From assembly GCA_049840815.1 (NCBI GenBank), contig JASGJI010000012.1, positions 168,157-232,156 of the forward strand: a stretch of 64,000 bases of DNA, in the 5' to 3' direction. A program made the position numbers and the translations under genes. Under the pieces are notes generated by a model. It saw nothing but the letters and a program-made list of their open reading frames with translations, was not told where the DNA came from and searched no databases. The first letter of the stretch is position 1; each line of letters opens with the position of its first letter. Shown in pieces: positions 39,250 to 48,872 of the stretch. The stretch is from Thermomicrobiales bacterium (GTDB lineage Bacteria > Chloroflexota > Chloroflexia > Thermomicrobiales > UBA6265).

Positions 39250-41268
39250 ATGCCAGACTTCCAGATCATCTCCGACCTCCGTCCGACCGGCGATCAACCC
39301 CAGGCCATCGACCAGCTCACCAAGGGTCTCGAAGCGGGAGAACGCTTCCAGACCCTGCTCGGCGTTACCGGTTCCGGCAAGACGTTCTCGATGGCGAACA
39401 TCGTCCAGAACGTCAACCGCCCGACCCTCGTCCTCGCGCACAACAAGACGCTCGCGGCGCAGCTCTACGCCGAGTTCAAGGAATTCTTCCCGCGCAACGC
39501 GGTGGAATACTTCGTCTCCTACTACGACTACTACCAGCCAGAGGCCTATGTTGCCCGCACCGACACCTTCATCGAGAAGGACGCGGACATCAACGAGGAG
39601 ATCGACAAGCTCCGCCACGCCGCGACGCGGGCGCTGCTCACCCGGCGTGACACGCTGATCGTGGCCTCGGTCTCCTGCATCTTCGGCCTCGGAACGCCAG
39701 AGGAATACGCCAGCACGGTCGTCTCGCTCAAACGCGGGCAGCAGGTCCGGCGTGACCGTGTCCTGCGCCAGCTGATCGACATCCAGTACGACCGCAACGA
39801 CATGACCCTCACGCGCGGCACGTTCCGTGTGCGGGGCGATTCGGTGGAGATCTTCCCGGCCTACGAGGAGATCGCCGTCCGCGTCGAGTTCTTCGGCGAC
39901 GAGGTCGACCGCATCGTGGATGTCGATCCGCTCACCGGCGAAATCCTCGCCGTACGGGAGGACATCGGCGTCTACCCGGCGAAGCACTTCGTGACCAATG
40001 CCGAGAAACTGAAGGTCGCGATCAAGGACATCCAGGTCGAGCTGGACGAGCGGCTGCAGGAACTGGAATCACAGGGGAAGATCCTCGAAGCGGCCCGGTT
40101 GAAGCAGCGCACGAACTACGATCTCGAAATGATGCAGGAAGCCGGCTACTGCGCAGGCATCGAGAACTACTCCATGCACCTCAGCCGCCGCAAGCCGGGT
40201 GAGCAGCCAGCCACGCTGCTCGACTACTTCCCGGACGACTACCTGGTGCTGGTCGACGAGTCACACATGACCCTGCCACAGGTGCGCGGCATGTACGGCG
40301 GTGATCGCTCCCGGAAGGATGTTCTGGTAGAGCATGGCTTCCGCCTGCCATCGGCCCGGGACAATCGCCCGCTGACCTTCCCCGAGTTCGAGCGGATGAT
40401 CGGCCAGGCGATCTTCATCTCCGCGACACCGGGACCATACGAATTCGAGCACTCCAGCCACGTCGCGGAACAGGTGATCCGCCCGACTGGCCTCGTCGAT
40501 CCCGCGATCTCGGTTCGCCCGACGAAGGGACAGATCGACGACCTGCTCGGCGAGATCAACGCGCGGGTCGCTCGCGGGGAGCGCGCGCTCGTCACCACGC
40601 TCACGAAGCGGATGTCGGAGGACCTCGCCGACTACCTGAAGGAGATGGGCGTCCGCACCCACTACCTCCACAGCGAGGTGGATACCTTCGAACGGATCGA
40701 GATCCTGCGCGACCTGCGGCTGGGTATCCATGATGTGGTCGTGGGTATCAATCTCCTGCGGGAAGGGCTCGACCTCCCGGAGGTCTCCCTGGTGGCGATC
40801 CTCGACGCCGACAAGGAAGGCTTCCTGCGCTCCGAAGGAGCGTTGATCCAGACGATCGGCCGCGCAGCGCGCCACGTCGATGGTCAAGTCATCATGTACG
40901 CTGATACCATGACCCGGTCGATGAAAGTCGCGATCGACGAAACTTATCGTCGACGCGAGATTCAGACACAGTACAACGAACAGCACGGCATCCAGCCTCG
41001 CGGGATCGTCAAGGATATCAAGGACCTGACGGAACGCGTCCGTGCCATCGCCGAAGAACGTGCCGAGTACCAGACTTCGGGAGCCGATGGACATCCCGGC
41101 GTGATCGCCGAGATCCCGAAGGACGAACTGGCACGCATGATCAAGGACCTCGAGTCCCAGATGAAGACCGCGGCCAAGGATCTCGAATTCGAGAAGGCGG
41201 CGTTGCTGCGCGACCAGATCGTGGAGTTGCGGCGCATCATCGAAGTCGATCCGGTTCAGGCATCCTGA
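39250..41268 (+). CDS. uvrB: excinuclease ABC subunit B
   Basis: 672 aa with [25 protein letters not shown] and a C-terminal UVR domain ([17 protein letters not shown]). Confidence 0.97.
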   Translation: MPDFQIISDLRPTGDQPQAIDQLTKGLEAGERFQTLLGVTGSGKTFSMANIVQNVNRPTLVLAHNKTLAAQLYAEFKEFFPRNAVEYFVSYYDYYQPEAYVARTDTFIEKDADINEEIDKLRHAATRALLTRRDTLIVASVSCIFGLGTPEEYASTVVSLKRGQQVRRDRVLRQLIDIQYDRNDMTLTRGTFRVRGDSVEIFPAYEEIAVRVEFFGDEVDRIVDVDPLTGEILAVREDIGVYPAKHFVTNAEKLKVAIKDIQVELDERLQELESQGKILEAARLKQRTNYDLEMMQEAGYCAGIENYSMHLSRRKPGEQPATLLDYFPDDYLVLVDESHMTLPQVRGMYGGDRSRKDVLVEHGFRLPSARDNRPLTFPEFERMIGQAIFISATPGPYEFEHSSHVAEQVIRPTGLVDPAISVRPTKGQIDDLLGEINARVARGERALVTTLTKRMSEDLADYLKEMGVRTHYLHSEVDTFERIEILRDLRLGIHDVVVGINLLREGLDLPEVSLVAILDADKEGFLRSEGALIQTIGRAARHVDGQVIMYADTMTRSMKVAIDETYRRREIQTQYNEQHGIQPRGIVKDIKDLTERVRAIAEERAEYQTSGADGHPGVIAEIPKDELARMIKDLESQMKTAAKDLEFEKAALLRDQIVELRRIIEVDPVQAS

Positions 41269-41289
41269 GAGCCGCCGGATCGCGGGTCC

Positions 41290-42273
41290 ATGACGACCGC
41301 ATTCACCGAAAGGACAGGTTGCATGGTTCGTCCCTCCACGCGATTGCAGTCATGGCTGGCTGCCACACTCACGCTCCTCCTGCTCGCGGGGTCGACGCTG
41401 ACCGCGAGCGCCCAGGATGACAATTCCGAGCTCGCGAAAGAGCTCCCACCGGTTGACTTGCCGACGATGAACGCCCAGGGATTCGTCTTCGATCTCGAAT
41501 CCACATACAACGGAACTCCGGGCGGCACGCCAACCGATGCTCCCGTCTACGCGATGACCCTCCAGTCGCTGAACGGCGACCAGGCGAAGTCGCTCGCCGA
41601 CGCGCTGGAAATCGGCGCGGATGTGCAGGACCAGGGCAACGGCACCTATTCCGCCGATGGCAACGGCAAGCTCTTCGTGACGCCAGGCCTCGCCCAGTAC
41701 GTCGCGCCCGGCGCCTCGCCGGAAGGCAGCCTCGCCTCCGACAGCGATGTCATCGCCGCCGCGCGGGAGTGGCTGCGCTCCAAGGGTCAACTGCCGGGCA
41801 ACATCGGCGATGGCACCATCGAAGCCAAGGTTGACAACCCCGCGCAGGCGATTGTCGTCTTCCTGCCCGTCTCCCCGACGCCGCTCCTGTCGTCCATCCC
41901 CAGCATCAGCGTCACCGTTGGCGCGAACAACACGATCGTCGAGGCATCGTGGCGTTGGGGCGATCTCACGCAGACCGACACCTACCAGCTCCGTCCGCTC
42001 GACCAGGCCTGGACGGAAGTCGTGGAGCGCCGCTCCTATGTGAACGCGACGCTGCCGGGCGACACCTATCCAACCGGCTCCACCATCACGGGCACGGCGA
42101 TCTATTCGAGCGTGTCACTGGCATGGGCGCCATCGGGCGTTCCCGGCGAGCAGCAGTATCTCCAACCGGTCTATGTCTTCACCGGCAAGTTGACACCGAA
42201 GGATTCGCAGGAGTCGTACGCGATCACCGCCTACGTTCCGGCATTGGCCAACAGCAAGCAACCAGTGGGGTAG
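41290..42273 (+). CDS. secreted protein, unknown function
   Basis: Signal peptide [25 protein letters not shown] (alternative start 41323). No motif recognised. Confidence 0.6.
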   Translation: MTTAFTERTGCMVRPSTRLQSWLAATLTLLLLAGSTLTASAQDDNSELAKELPPVDLPTMNAQGFVFDLESTYNGTPGGTPTDAPVYAMTLQSLNGDQAKSLADALEIGADVQDQGNGTYSADGNGKLFVTPGLAQYVAPGASPEGSLASDSDVIAAAREWLRSKGQLPGNIGDGTIEAKVDNPAQAIVVFLPVSPTPLLSSIPSISVTVGANNTIVEASWRWGDLTQTDTYQLRPLDQAWTEVVERRSYVNATLPGDTYPTGSTITGTAIYSSVSLAWAPSGVPGEQQYLQPVYVFTGKLTPKDSQESYAITAYVPALANSKQPVG

Positions 42274-42283
42274 CACACAACCG

Positions 42284-42763
42284 ATGGGTGAGGGGAGCAT
42301 CGCCAGCGTCCTGCTGGTGAACGGACCGAATCTGAACACCCTGGGAACGCGGGAGCCATCGATCTATGGCTCCCGCACCCTTGCGTCCATCGTCGAGGAC
42401 GTTGCCGCGCATGCCATGAACGGCACGCCAGCGTTCGCGATCGAGGCATTCCAGTCGAATCATGAGGGCGCGATTCTCGATTTCCTCCACGAGCGGGGGC
42501 CAGCGTCTGCCGGACTCATCATCAATCCCGGCGCGTTCTCGCACTACAGCTACGCGCTGCGCGACGCGATCGCTGGCATCCACAAGCCGACGGTGGAGGT
42601 CCACATCTCGAACATCCACGCCCGAGAGACGTTCCGGCACACCTCCGTGACGGCGCCGGTCGCGACAGGCCTGATCGCGGGCCTCGGCGCGCGCGGCTAC
42701 CTGCTCGCCGTCGACTGGATGCGGGCCGAGGTCATCGCAAAGCAGGAGTCCGCTCATGCCTGA
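42284..42763 (+). CDS. aroQ: type II 3-dehydroquinate dehydratase
   Basis: [20 protein letters not shown]...[11 protein letters not shown]...[17 protein letters not shown]...[12 protein letters not shown]. Confidence 0.93.
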   Translation: MGEGSIASVLLVNGPNLNTLGTREPSIYGSRTLASIVEDVAAHAMNGTPAFAIEAFQSNHEGAILDFLHERGPASAGLIINPGAFSHYSYALRDAIAGIHKPTVEVHISNIHARETFRHTSVTAPVATGLIAGLGARGYLLAVDWMRAEVIAKQESAHA

Positions 42764-43877
42764 GTCCCTATCGCGCCTCGACCGCGCACGCGCGCTCCTT
42801 GCCGACCTCGGGCTGGACGCCGCCGTTGTATCGAACAGCGCGAATCGCCGCTACCTCACCGGCTTCACCGCCGAAGACCACGCCCCTGACGAGCCTGCCG
42901 CCATCGGCGTCATCTCGACGTCCGGCGCATGGCTCCTCGCCTCCCCGACAAACCTCCCATGGGCCGAATCCGAAGCCGTGGACGGCGTCAGCTGCCAGGC
43001 ATGGCAGCGCCCATGGGCGGCTTCCGTCACGGAGCTGGCCAATGCTGGCAGCTGGACCCGCATCGGCGTGGAGGAGCGCGTGCTGCCAACCGCCGACTGG
43101 TTCGCCCTGAATGACAGCGTCGCCGAGGGGGTGGAACTCGTCTTCCTCGGCACTGCGCTCGATGCCCTGCGCGAGCAGAAGGAACCGGGCGAACTCGACC
43201 TCCTGAAGAAGGCGTTGCGCCTCTCCGACGAGGCCATGGCCGGGGCCGTTGCGCGCATCCAGCCGGGCATGACCGAGGCCCAGGCCGCCGAGATCGTGCG
43301 TGAGGAGCTGAAGCGCGTTGGCAGCGAAGGCGAGTCCTTCGACACGATCGTTGCATCCGGCCCGAACGCCGCGAAGCCGCATCATGCGCCCGGCGATCGC
43401 GTCATTGGCGAGGGAGAACCGGTGATCATCGACATGGGCGCGGTGGTCGGCGGCTATCACGGAGACCTCACGCGGACCATCTGGTTCGGGCAGGCAGACC
43501 AGCGACTTGTTACCATATACAGAACGGTCGCAGCCGCCATGCAGGCGTCGATCGACTTCTTCGCGCCGGGAGTCTCCGGACGGGAAGTCGACCGGCAGGT
43601 GCGCGACCTCTTTGCTGCACAGGGACTCGGCGAGTATTTCGTGCATGGATTGGGTCATGGCATCGGGCTTCGCATCCACGAGGCCCCATCGGCAGGCCGG
43701 GCATCCAGCGATGTGCTGGCAGTTGGCCATGTCGTGACCACGGAGCCTGGGATCTACATTCCGGGCTGGGGCGGCGTCCGCATCGAGAATGTGGTTGTCG
43801 TCACCGAATCCGGCGCCGAGAATCTTACTCACGCCCCCATCATCGAGACGGATGGGACCAAGGAGACACACGAATGA
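42756..43877 (+). CDS. pepP: Xaa-Pro aminopeptidase (M24B)
   Basis: [44 protein letters not shown]. Confidence 0.88.
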   Translation: MPESLSRLDRARALLADLGLDAAVVSNSANRRYLTGFTAEDHAPDEPAAIGVISTSGAWLLASPTNLPWAESEAVDGVSCQAWQRPWAASVTELANAGSWTRIGVEERVLPTADWFALNDSVAEGVELVFLGTALDALREQKEPGELDLLKKALRLSDEAMAGAVARIQPGMTEAQAAEIVREELKRVGSEGESFDTIVASGPNAAKPHHAPGDRVIGEGEPVIIDMGAVVGGYHGDLTRTIWFGQADQRLVTIYRTVAAAMQASIDFFAPGVSGREVDRQVRDLFAAQGLGEYFVHGLGHGIGLRIHEAPSAGRASSDVLAVGHVVTTEPGIYIPGWGGVRIENVVVVTESGAENLTHAPIIETDGTKETHE

Positions 43878-44434
43878 TCGATACCGGGGATATTCGCAAG
43901 GGCATTACGCTCGATCTGGATGGCCGCCTGGTCAAGGTGATCGACTTCTCCCATAACAAGCAGGGCCGAGGCTCGGCCCAGCTCCGCATGACGCTGCGCG
44001 ATCTCCGCACCGGCTCCACCACGCAGCACACCGTGATGGCTGGCGCGAAGTTCAATCCGGTCCGCCTGGAGCGCTCGCACGTCCAGTTCCTGTACCGCGA
44101 CGGCGACCACTTCAATTTCATGGACACCGACACCTTCGATCAGATCATGCTGAACGAATCGACGGTCGGCGATGCCGCGAAGTTCTTCCGCGAGAACGAC
44201 GTGATCGACATCCTGACGTACAATGAGGAGCCAATCGACATCGAGCTCCCGACATCCGTCGTCCTGGCGATCACCCAGACCGATCCCGGCTTCAAGGGTG
44301 ACACCGCTACCGGCGGAAACAAGCCGGCGACGCTCGAGACCGGCCTGGTGGTGAACGTGCCGCTCTTCCTGAGCGAGGGCGATCAGATCAAGGTCGATAC
44401 CCGCACCGGCGACTACATCGAACGTGTTGGATAG
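43874..44434 (+). CDS. efp: elongation factor P
   Basis: [47 protein letters not shown]. The start overlaps the pepP stop (ATGA). Confidence 0.95.
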   Translation: MIDTGDIRKGITLDLDGRLVKVIDFSHNKQGRGSAQLRMTLRDLRTGSTTQHTVMAGAKFNPVRLERSHVQFLYRDGDHFNFMDTDTFDQIMLNESTVGDAAKFFRENDVIDILTYNEEPIDIELPTSVVLAITQTDPGFKGDTATGGNKPATLETGLVVNVPLFLSEGDQIKVDTRTGDYIERVG

Positions 44435-44444
44435 GCAGAGGCTG

Positions 44445-44939
44445 ATGGATGCGACCAACGGTCCCGTGAACCGGGTCTCCGATAACACCACCGTCAACGG
44501 CTCCACCTCCGAGGTCATGGACGCCGTGCGCGAACTGATCTCCCTGATGGGCAGGGGCGGCATCTCCGAACTCGATCTCTCGACGCCGGCGATGACCGTG
44601 CGCCTGCGCGGCGCCACGTCGGTCGCCATCGCGCCCGTGGCCGTCGGCGAGCAGGTCACGTCCCTGCCGCTGGCCATCGAGGAGCCGGTTGGGCACACCG
44701 TCACATCCCCGATGATCGGCACCTACTATTCCGCTCCGGCGCCGGGCGAGGCCCCGTTCGTCCAGATCGGTGACGAAGTCGAGGTCGGGCAGGCGATCGG
44801 CATCATCGAGGCGATGAAGATCATGAACGAGATCATCTCGGATCGTGCCGGCATCGTCTCCGAGATCCTTGTCTCGAACGCGCAGTCGGTCGAGTACGGA
44901 TCGCCGCTCATCCGCCTCGTGGACCAGCCAGGCGCCTGA
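44445..44939 (+). CDS. accB: biotin carboxyl carrier protein of acetyl-CoA carboxylase
   Basis: Biotinylation motif IIEAMKIMNEI. No accC follows it. Confidence 0.88.
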   Translation: MDATNGPVNRVSDNTTVNGSTSEVMDAVRELISLMGRGGISELDLSTPAMTVRLRGATSVAIAPVAVGEQVTSLPLAIEEPVGHTVTSPMIGTYYSAPAPGEAPFVQIGDEVEVGQAIGIIEAMKIMNEIISDRAGIVSEILVSNAQSVEYGSPLIRLVDQPGA

Positions 44940-46153
44940 TGCCGTCCGACATCGTCTCCGTCGAGGATCTTTCCAGTCACATTCGCAGTCTGCTGGAACG
45001 CGACGCCCTCCTCCAGGATGTCTGGGTGGAGGGCGAAGTGTCGAGCTTCACCGTCGCGTCCTCCGGGCACGCCTACCTCACGCTGCAGCAAGGCAGCGCC
45101 CGGATCGACGGCGTGATGTGGCGGGCCATCGTGGGACGCCAGCGGTTCATTCCGCGTGTGGGGGACAACATCGTCGTCCACGGCAAGATCACGATCTACG
45201 AGCGGCAGGGGAAATACCAGCTCGCCGCCGACGTCTTCCAGCCTGCGGGAATTGGCATCCTCCAGATGCGTCTGGAGCAGTTGCGGCAGAAACTCGACGC
45301 CGAAGGCCTCTTCGATCTCGCCCGCAAGCGCGAACTTCCCCTCTTCCCGCGTCGGATCGGTGTCGCCACGTCGGCGACCGGCGCGGTGTGGCACGACATC
45401 CAGACGGTGATCGGACGGCGTTTTCCCCTGGTAGAACTCGTGCTCGCGCCGACGTTGGTCCAGGGTGAGGGTGCCCCGGATGCGATCGTGTCCGCGCTGG
45501 CGCTGCTGCAGGGAGAACCAGACCTCGATCTCATCATCCTGGCTCGTGGCGGCGGTTCGATGGAGGATCTCTGGTCCTTCAACGACGAGCGCGTGGCGCG
45601 GGCAATCTTCGCCTCGCGCTATCCGGTCATCTCCGCGATCGGGCACGAAACGGATGTCACCATCGCGGATTATGTCGCCGATGTCCGGGCGGCCACCCCG
45701 TCTGCCGCCGCCGAACTCGCCGTGCCCTCGCGAGAGGAACTACTCGGGTTCATCGCAGGCATGACGGTCCACGCCGCGACGCGCGCGCAGCAGAAGATCG
45801 ATACAGCCGGAACCCAGGTGACGACGCTCGTGCATCGGCTCGAACGCACGTCGCCACGCAATCAACTCACCCAGCAGCGAACGGCAGTCGATGCCATCGC
45901 GACACGCATCGCCGCCGCAACGACGCACGTCATCGAGCGGCGGTCCGCCGAGGTGGAACGGGCGGCGTCTGTCCTCGCCTCGCTGAACCCGACCGCGATC
46001 CTGAATCGCGGCTATGCACTGCTCGTGGACGAGGACACCAGGCGCCCGATCGGCAGCGTGACCCACCTGACGCCGGGCGCGCGGCTGGAAACCATCCTCC
46101 ACGACGGAACGGCCATCTCCACGGTCGAGTCCGTCACCCCTGCCGACCGCTGA
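44939..46153 (+). CDS. xseA: exodeoxyribonuclease VII large subunit
   Basis: 404 aa with VWVEGEVSSF...SGHAYLTL (OB fold) and RIGVATSATGAVWHDI. The start overlaps the accB stop (TGATG). Confidence 0.9.
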   Translation: MPSDIVSVEDLSSHIRSLLERDALLQDVWVEGEVSSFTVASSGHAYLTLQQGSARIDGVMWRAIVGRQRFIPRVGDNIVVHGKITIYERQGKYQLAADVFQPAGIGILQMRLEQLRQKLDAEGLFDLARKRELPLFPRRIGVATSATGAVWHDIQTVIGRRFPLVELVLAPTLVQGEGAPDAIVSALALLQGEPDLDLIILARGGGSMEDLWSFNDERVARAIFASRYPVISAIGHETDVTIADYVADVRAATPSAAAELAVPSREELLGFIAGMTVHAATRAQQKIDTAGTQVTTLVHRLERTSPRNQLTQQRTAVDAIATRIAAATTHVIERRSAEVERAASVLASLNPTAILNRGYALLVDEDTRRPIGSVTHLTPGARLETILHDGTAISTVESVTPADR

Positions 46154-46256
46154 CCGGCCGGCCATTGGCCTCGCCTTCCCACTGATTGCCCTGCCCGGGA
46201 AGGCGGGTACAATGCGTGCCAGAATGCGTTGCCTTCCCCTTCCGGAGACCCCTCTC

Positions 46257-46526
46257 ATGCCCGATCCCACCGCCACGACCGCCCCGGCCACCCCTTCGTT
46301 CGAGGAGACATTGATCGCCCTGCAGGGGATTGTCGAGGAACTGGAGGCCGGCAACCTCCCGCTCGCCGAGACCGTCCGCAAGTTCGAGCAAGGATCTCGC
46401 CTCGCCGATCAGGCCCGCCGCCAGCTCGCGGAGGCGGAACTCCGGATCACGGTTCTCACCGAGCAGATGCAGGCGGAAGACATCGCGAGTTGGGATGACA
46501 GCGCTGCCGAGTCCGCTCCGTTCTAG
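46257..46526 (+). CDS. xseB: exodeoxyribonuclease VII small subunit
   Basis: SFEETLIALQGIVEELEAGNLPLAETVRKFEQGSRLADQARRQLAEAELRI. Confidence 0.88.
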   Translation: MPDPTATTAPATPSFEETLIALQGIVEELEAGNLPLAETVRKFEQGSRLADQARRQLAEAELRITVLTEQMQAEDIASWDDSAAESAPF

Positions 46527-46637
46527 CCGCTCGTTTACTGTGCAGGGGCCGAACACGTATCGGTCCGTCCCACCCATCTCGGACCGACACGGGGTCGGTC
46601 CCTACATACGCCGACTTCGGCTTGAGATCGTTGCTAT

Positions 46638-47669
46638 ATGTCCGACATCGCTCCACAAGCTCCACCTCTCCGCCCCGGCAAGCTGCCCGGCCCGCTGCTG
46701 CACCGCCTGATCGAGGCCTATGCGACCGCTCCGGATGACGACGTGATCGTCCCCACCGGCTATGGACGCGACGCTTCCGCTATCCAGATCGGCGACCACC
46801 AGATCGTGGTGAAGAGCGATCCCATCACCTTCGCGACCGATGCCGCCGCGCGTTACCTCGTCGCCGTGAATGCGAACGACATCGCGTGCCTTGGTGGCAT
46901 TCCCCGCTGGATGACGGTCGTGGCGCTCCTGCCGGAGGGCAGCGCAACGGAAACCTCCGTCGAGGCGCTCTTCGCCGACCTCCAGGCAGCGTGCGATGCG
47001 GTTGGCGTCGCGGTGATCGGCGGCCACACAGAAGTGACCCTGGGGCTGGATCGCCCGCTGCTGATCGGGACGATGATCGGCCTCGCCGGACCGCACGGCC
47101 TGCTCGAACCGGGGAATGCGCGGGAGGGTGACGATCTTTACCTCACGAAGTGGGCCGGCATCGAGGGCACGGCGCTGCTCGCACGCGAACATGCCGAAAC
47201 CCTGCGCGAGGCGGTCGGCACGGATGTCGTGCGCAGCGCCGCGAAACTGCTGCGCAGCCCCGGCATCGCCGTCGCGAAGGACGCCGCTGCCTTGCTCGCC
47301 AGCGGCGCGGTGCGCGGCCTCCACGATCCCACCGAGGGCGGCGTGGCGACCGCCATTCACGAGCTTGCAGAAGGCTCCCGGCTCGGTGCGGAGGTGCAAC
47401 GCGGCGCGATTCCGCTCCTGCCGCAGACGCGCATCCTCTGCGATCACTACGGAATCGACCCGCTCGGACTGCTCAGTTCCGGGGCGTTGCTGGTCGCCGC
47501 CGATCCAGCTGGCCGGGATGCGCTTCGCGGCGCAGCAGAGGACGGCGGTGTTCCGCTGACGTGGATTGGCACCCTGACGGCGCCGGATCAGGGCCTCTTC
47601 ATGGTCGATGCCAGTGGACGCCACCCGATTCCGCGCTACGATTCCGACGAGATCACACGCGTGCTCTGA
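46638..47669 (+). CDS. AIR-synthase-related (PurM/ThiL/HypE-fold) protein
   Basis: DASAIQIGDHQIVVKSDPITF...VAVNANDIACLGGIPRWMTVVALLP...VGVAVIGGHTEV. Confidence 0.75.
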   Translation: MSDIAPQAPPLRPGKLPGPLLHRLIEAYATAPDDDVIVPTGYGRDASAIQIGDHQIVVKSDPITFATDAAARYLVAVNANDIACLGGIPRWMTVVALLPEGSATETSVEALFADLQAACDAVGVAVIGGHTEVTLGLDRPLLIGTMIGLAGPHGLLEPGNAREGDDLYLTKWAGIEGTALLAREHAETLREAVGTDVVRSAAKLLRSPGIAVAKDAAALLASGAVRGLHDPTEGGVATAIHELAEGSRLGAEVQRGAIPLLPQTRILCDHYGIDPLGLLSSGALLVAADPAGRDALRGAAEDGGVPLTWIGTLTAPDQGLFMVDASGRHPIPRYDSDEITRVL

Positions 47670-47708
47670 GCGTCGTTTCTGACGCTCGCGAACCGAGAGG
47701 AGATTTCC

Positions 47709-47990
47709 GTGACCGCTTCCCTGCCCCCGATCATCATGTACGCTCGCACCCGGCCATGCCCGGACTGCACCCGCTCACGCGGACGGCTCACCGAGCTCGG
47801 CCTCCCCTGGACCGAACTCAACACCGAGGAAGATCCCGCCCAGATGCAGGCGATGTTCGACCTCACCGGGCGCCGCAGCGTGCCGACCATCGTCATCGGC
47901 GAGTCGATCCTCGTCGAGCCGTCGAATGCCGAACTGGATGCCGCGCTGACCAAGGCCGGCTACTCGCTCGATATGGACGCCGTCCAGTGA
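47709..47990 (+). CDS. glutaredoxin-like small redox protein (CPDC)
   Basis: GTG start after GAGAGGAG. IIMYARTRPCPDCTRSRGRLTELGLPWTELN...RRSVPTIVIG. Confidence 0.75.
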   Translation: MTASLPPIIMYARTRPCPDCTRSRGRLTELGLPWTELNTEEDPAQMQAMFDLTGRRSVPTIVIGESILVEPSNAELDAALTKAGYSLDMDAVQ

Positions 47991-48154
47991 GCGCCGCCGA
48001 TGTCGGGATCATTGTCTCCTCGGCGAACGCGCGAGTCGGGATCGCGGACGCCATCGCCGTGTTGCGTGACGGCGGCACCGCACTCGATGCCGCCCTCGCC
48101 GGCATCCGCCCCGTCGAGGCCAATCCGGAGGATCACACGGTCGGCTACTCCGGC
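47987..48154 (+). pseudogene. N-terminal ~56 codons of an Ntn-hydrolase (asparaginase_2 / glycosylasparaginase family) gene, truncated at the junction
   Basis: [56 protein letters not shown]. The expected LPN... continuation is replaced by unrelated sequence. Confidence 0.7.
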
Positions 48155-48304
48155 CGCTCGACCTTGATCACGTCGGCGCCCCAGTCGGCCATGATCCCGG
48201 CCGCGCCGGGCCCGGCGATGTAGGAGGTGAAATCGACGACCTTCAGGCCCTTGAGCAGCACGCACGCCTCCCGCTTCGGGGGCCTGCGCCCCTTGTCCCG
48301 CCAT
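48148..48304 (-). pseudogene. N-terminal fragment of a family III (CaiB/BaiF) CoA-transferase, truncated at the junction
   Basis: The minus strand reads [38 protein letters not shown]. The start is uncertain (ATG 48304 or 48356, with a frame problem). Confidence 0.65.
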
Positions 48305-48361
48305 AGTGACGGGGTGGGCGGCAGGGCTCAAGCGGCCGCTGCGGAAGCTCGCTCATGAGAG

Positions 48362-48396
48362 ATTAGTGTTGACTAATGAATTAGTGATTACTAATT
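48362..48396. promoter_or_regulatory. two tandem palindromic operator-like sites, ATTAGT-N4-ACTAAT x2, overlapping a TTGACT -35
   Basis: ATTAGTgttgACTAAT ga ATTAGTgattACTAAT forms an AT-rich island in roughly 75% GC DNA, in the divergent region between the CoA-transferase fragment and the GFA gene. Confidence 0.6.
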
Positions 48397-48441
48397 GAAA
48401 TGCGCGATCGAGGCCGATCGCCGCTTCCCTGGAGAATTGAG

Positions 48442-48872
48442 ATGAGCAACCCCTTCACCGGCGGCTGCGCCTGCGGCGCCGTGCGCTATGCGATCGCCGG
48501 CGAGCCCATGGCGATGAACGACTGCCAGTGCCGCACCTGCCAGCGCCTGAGCGGGACCGGCCATGGCTCCTACCTGACGTTCAAGGACGCGACCGTGACG
48601 CTGGAAGGCGAGGCGCGCCGATGGGAAGCCACGGGCGACCTCGGCACGGTGAAGGCGCACGCCTTCTGCCCGACCTGCGGCGCGCCGGTCTATCTGGCGT
48701 TCCCCGGCATGCCGGAGCTGTTCACGGTGCACGCCGCGAGCCTCGACGAGCCGCAACGCTATGTCCCGGCCATGACCCTGTTCACCGCCCACGGCCATGA
48801 CTGGATCCGGTGGCGCCGGGCCGGACGACCTTCGAGCGGATGCCGGAGGCCGACAGCCGCTTGAAGGCCTAG
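48442..48872 (+). pseudogene. GFA/CENP-V family (glutathione-dependent formaldehyde-activating enzyme-like) protein, one frame break near the 3' end
   Basis: MSNPFTGGCACGAVRYAI...CQCRTCQRLSGTGHG...AFCPTCGAPV.... After ...GHDW (about 48805-48816) the family-typical ending PGRTTFERMPE... is in another frame. The span is 431 nt (3n-1). Confidence 0.75.
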
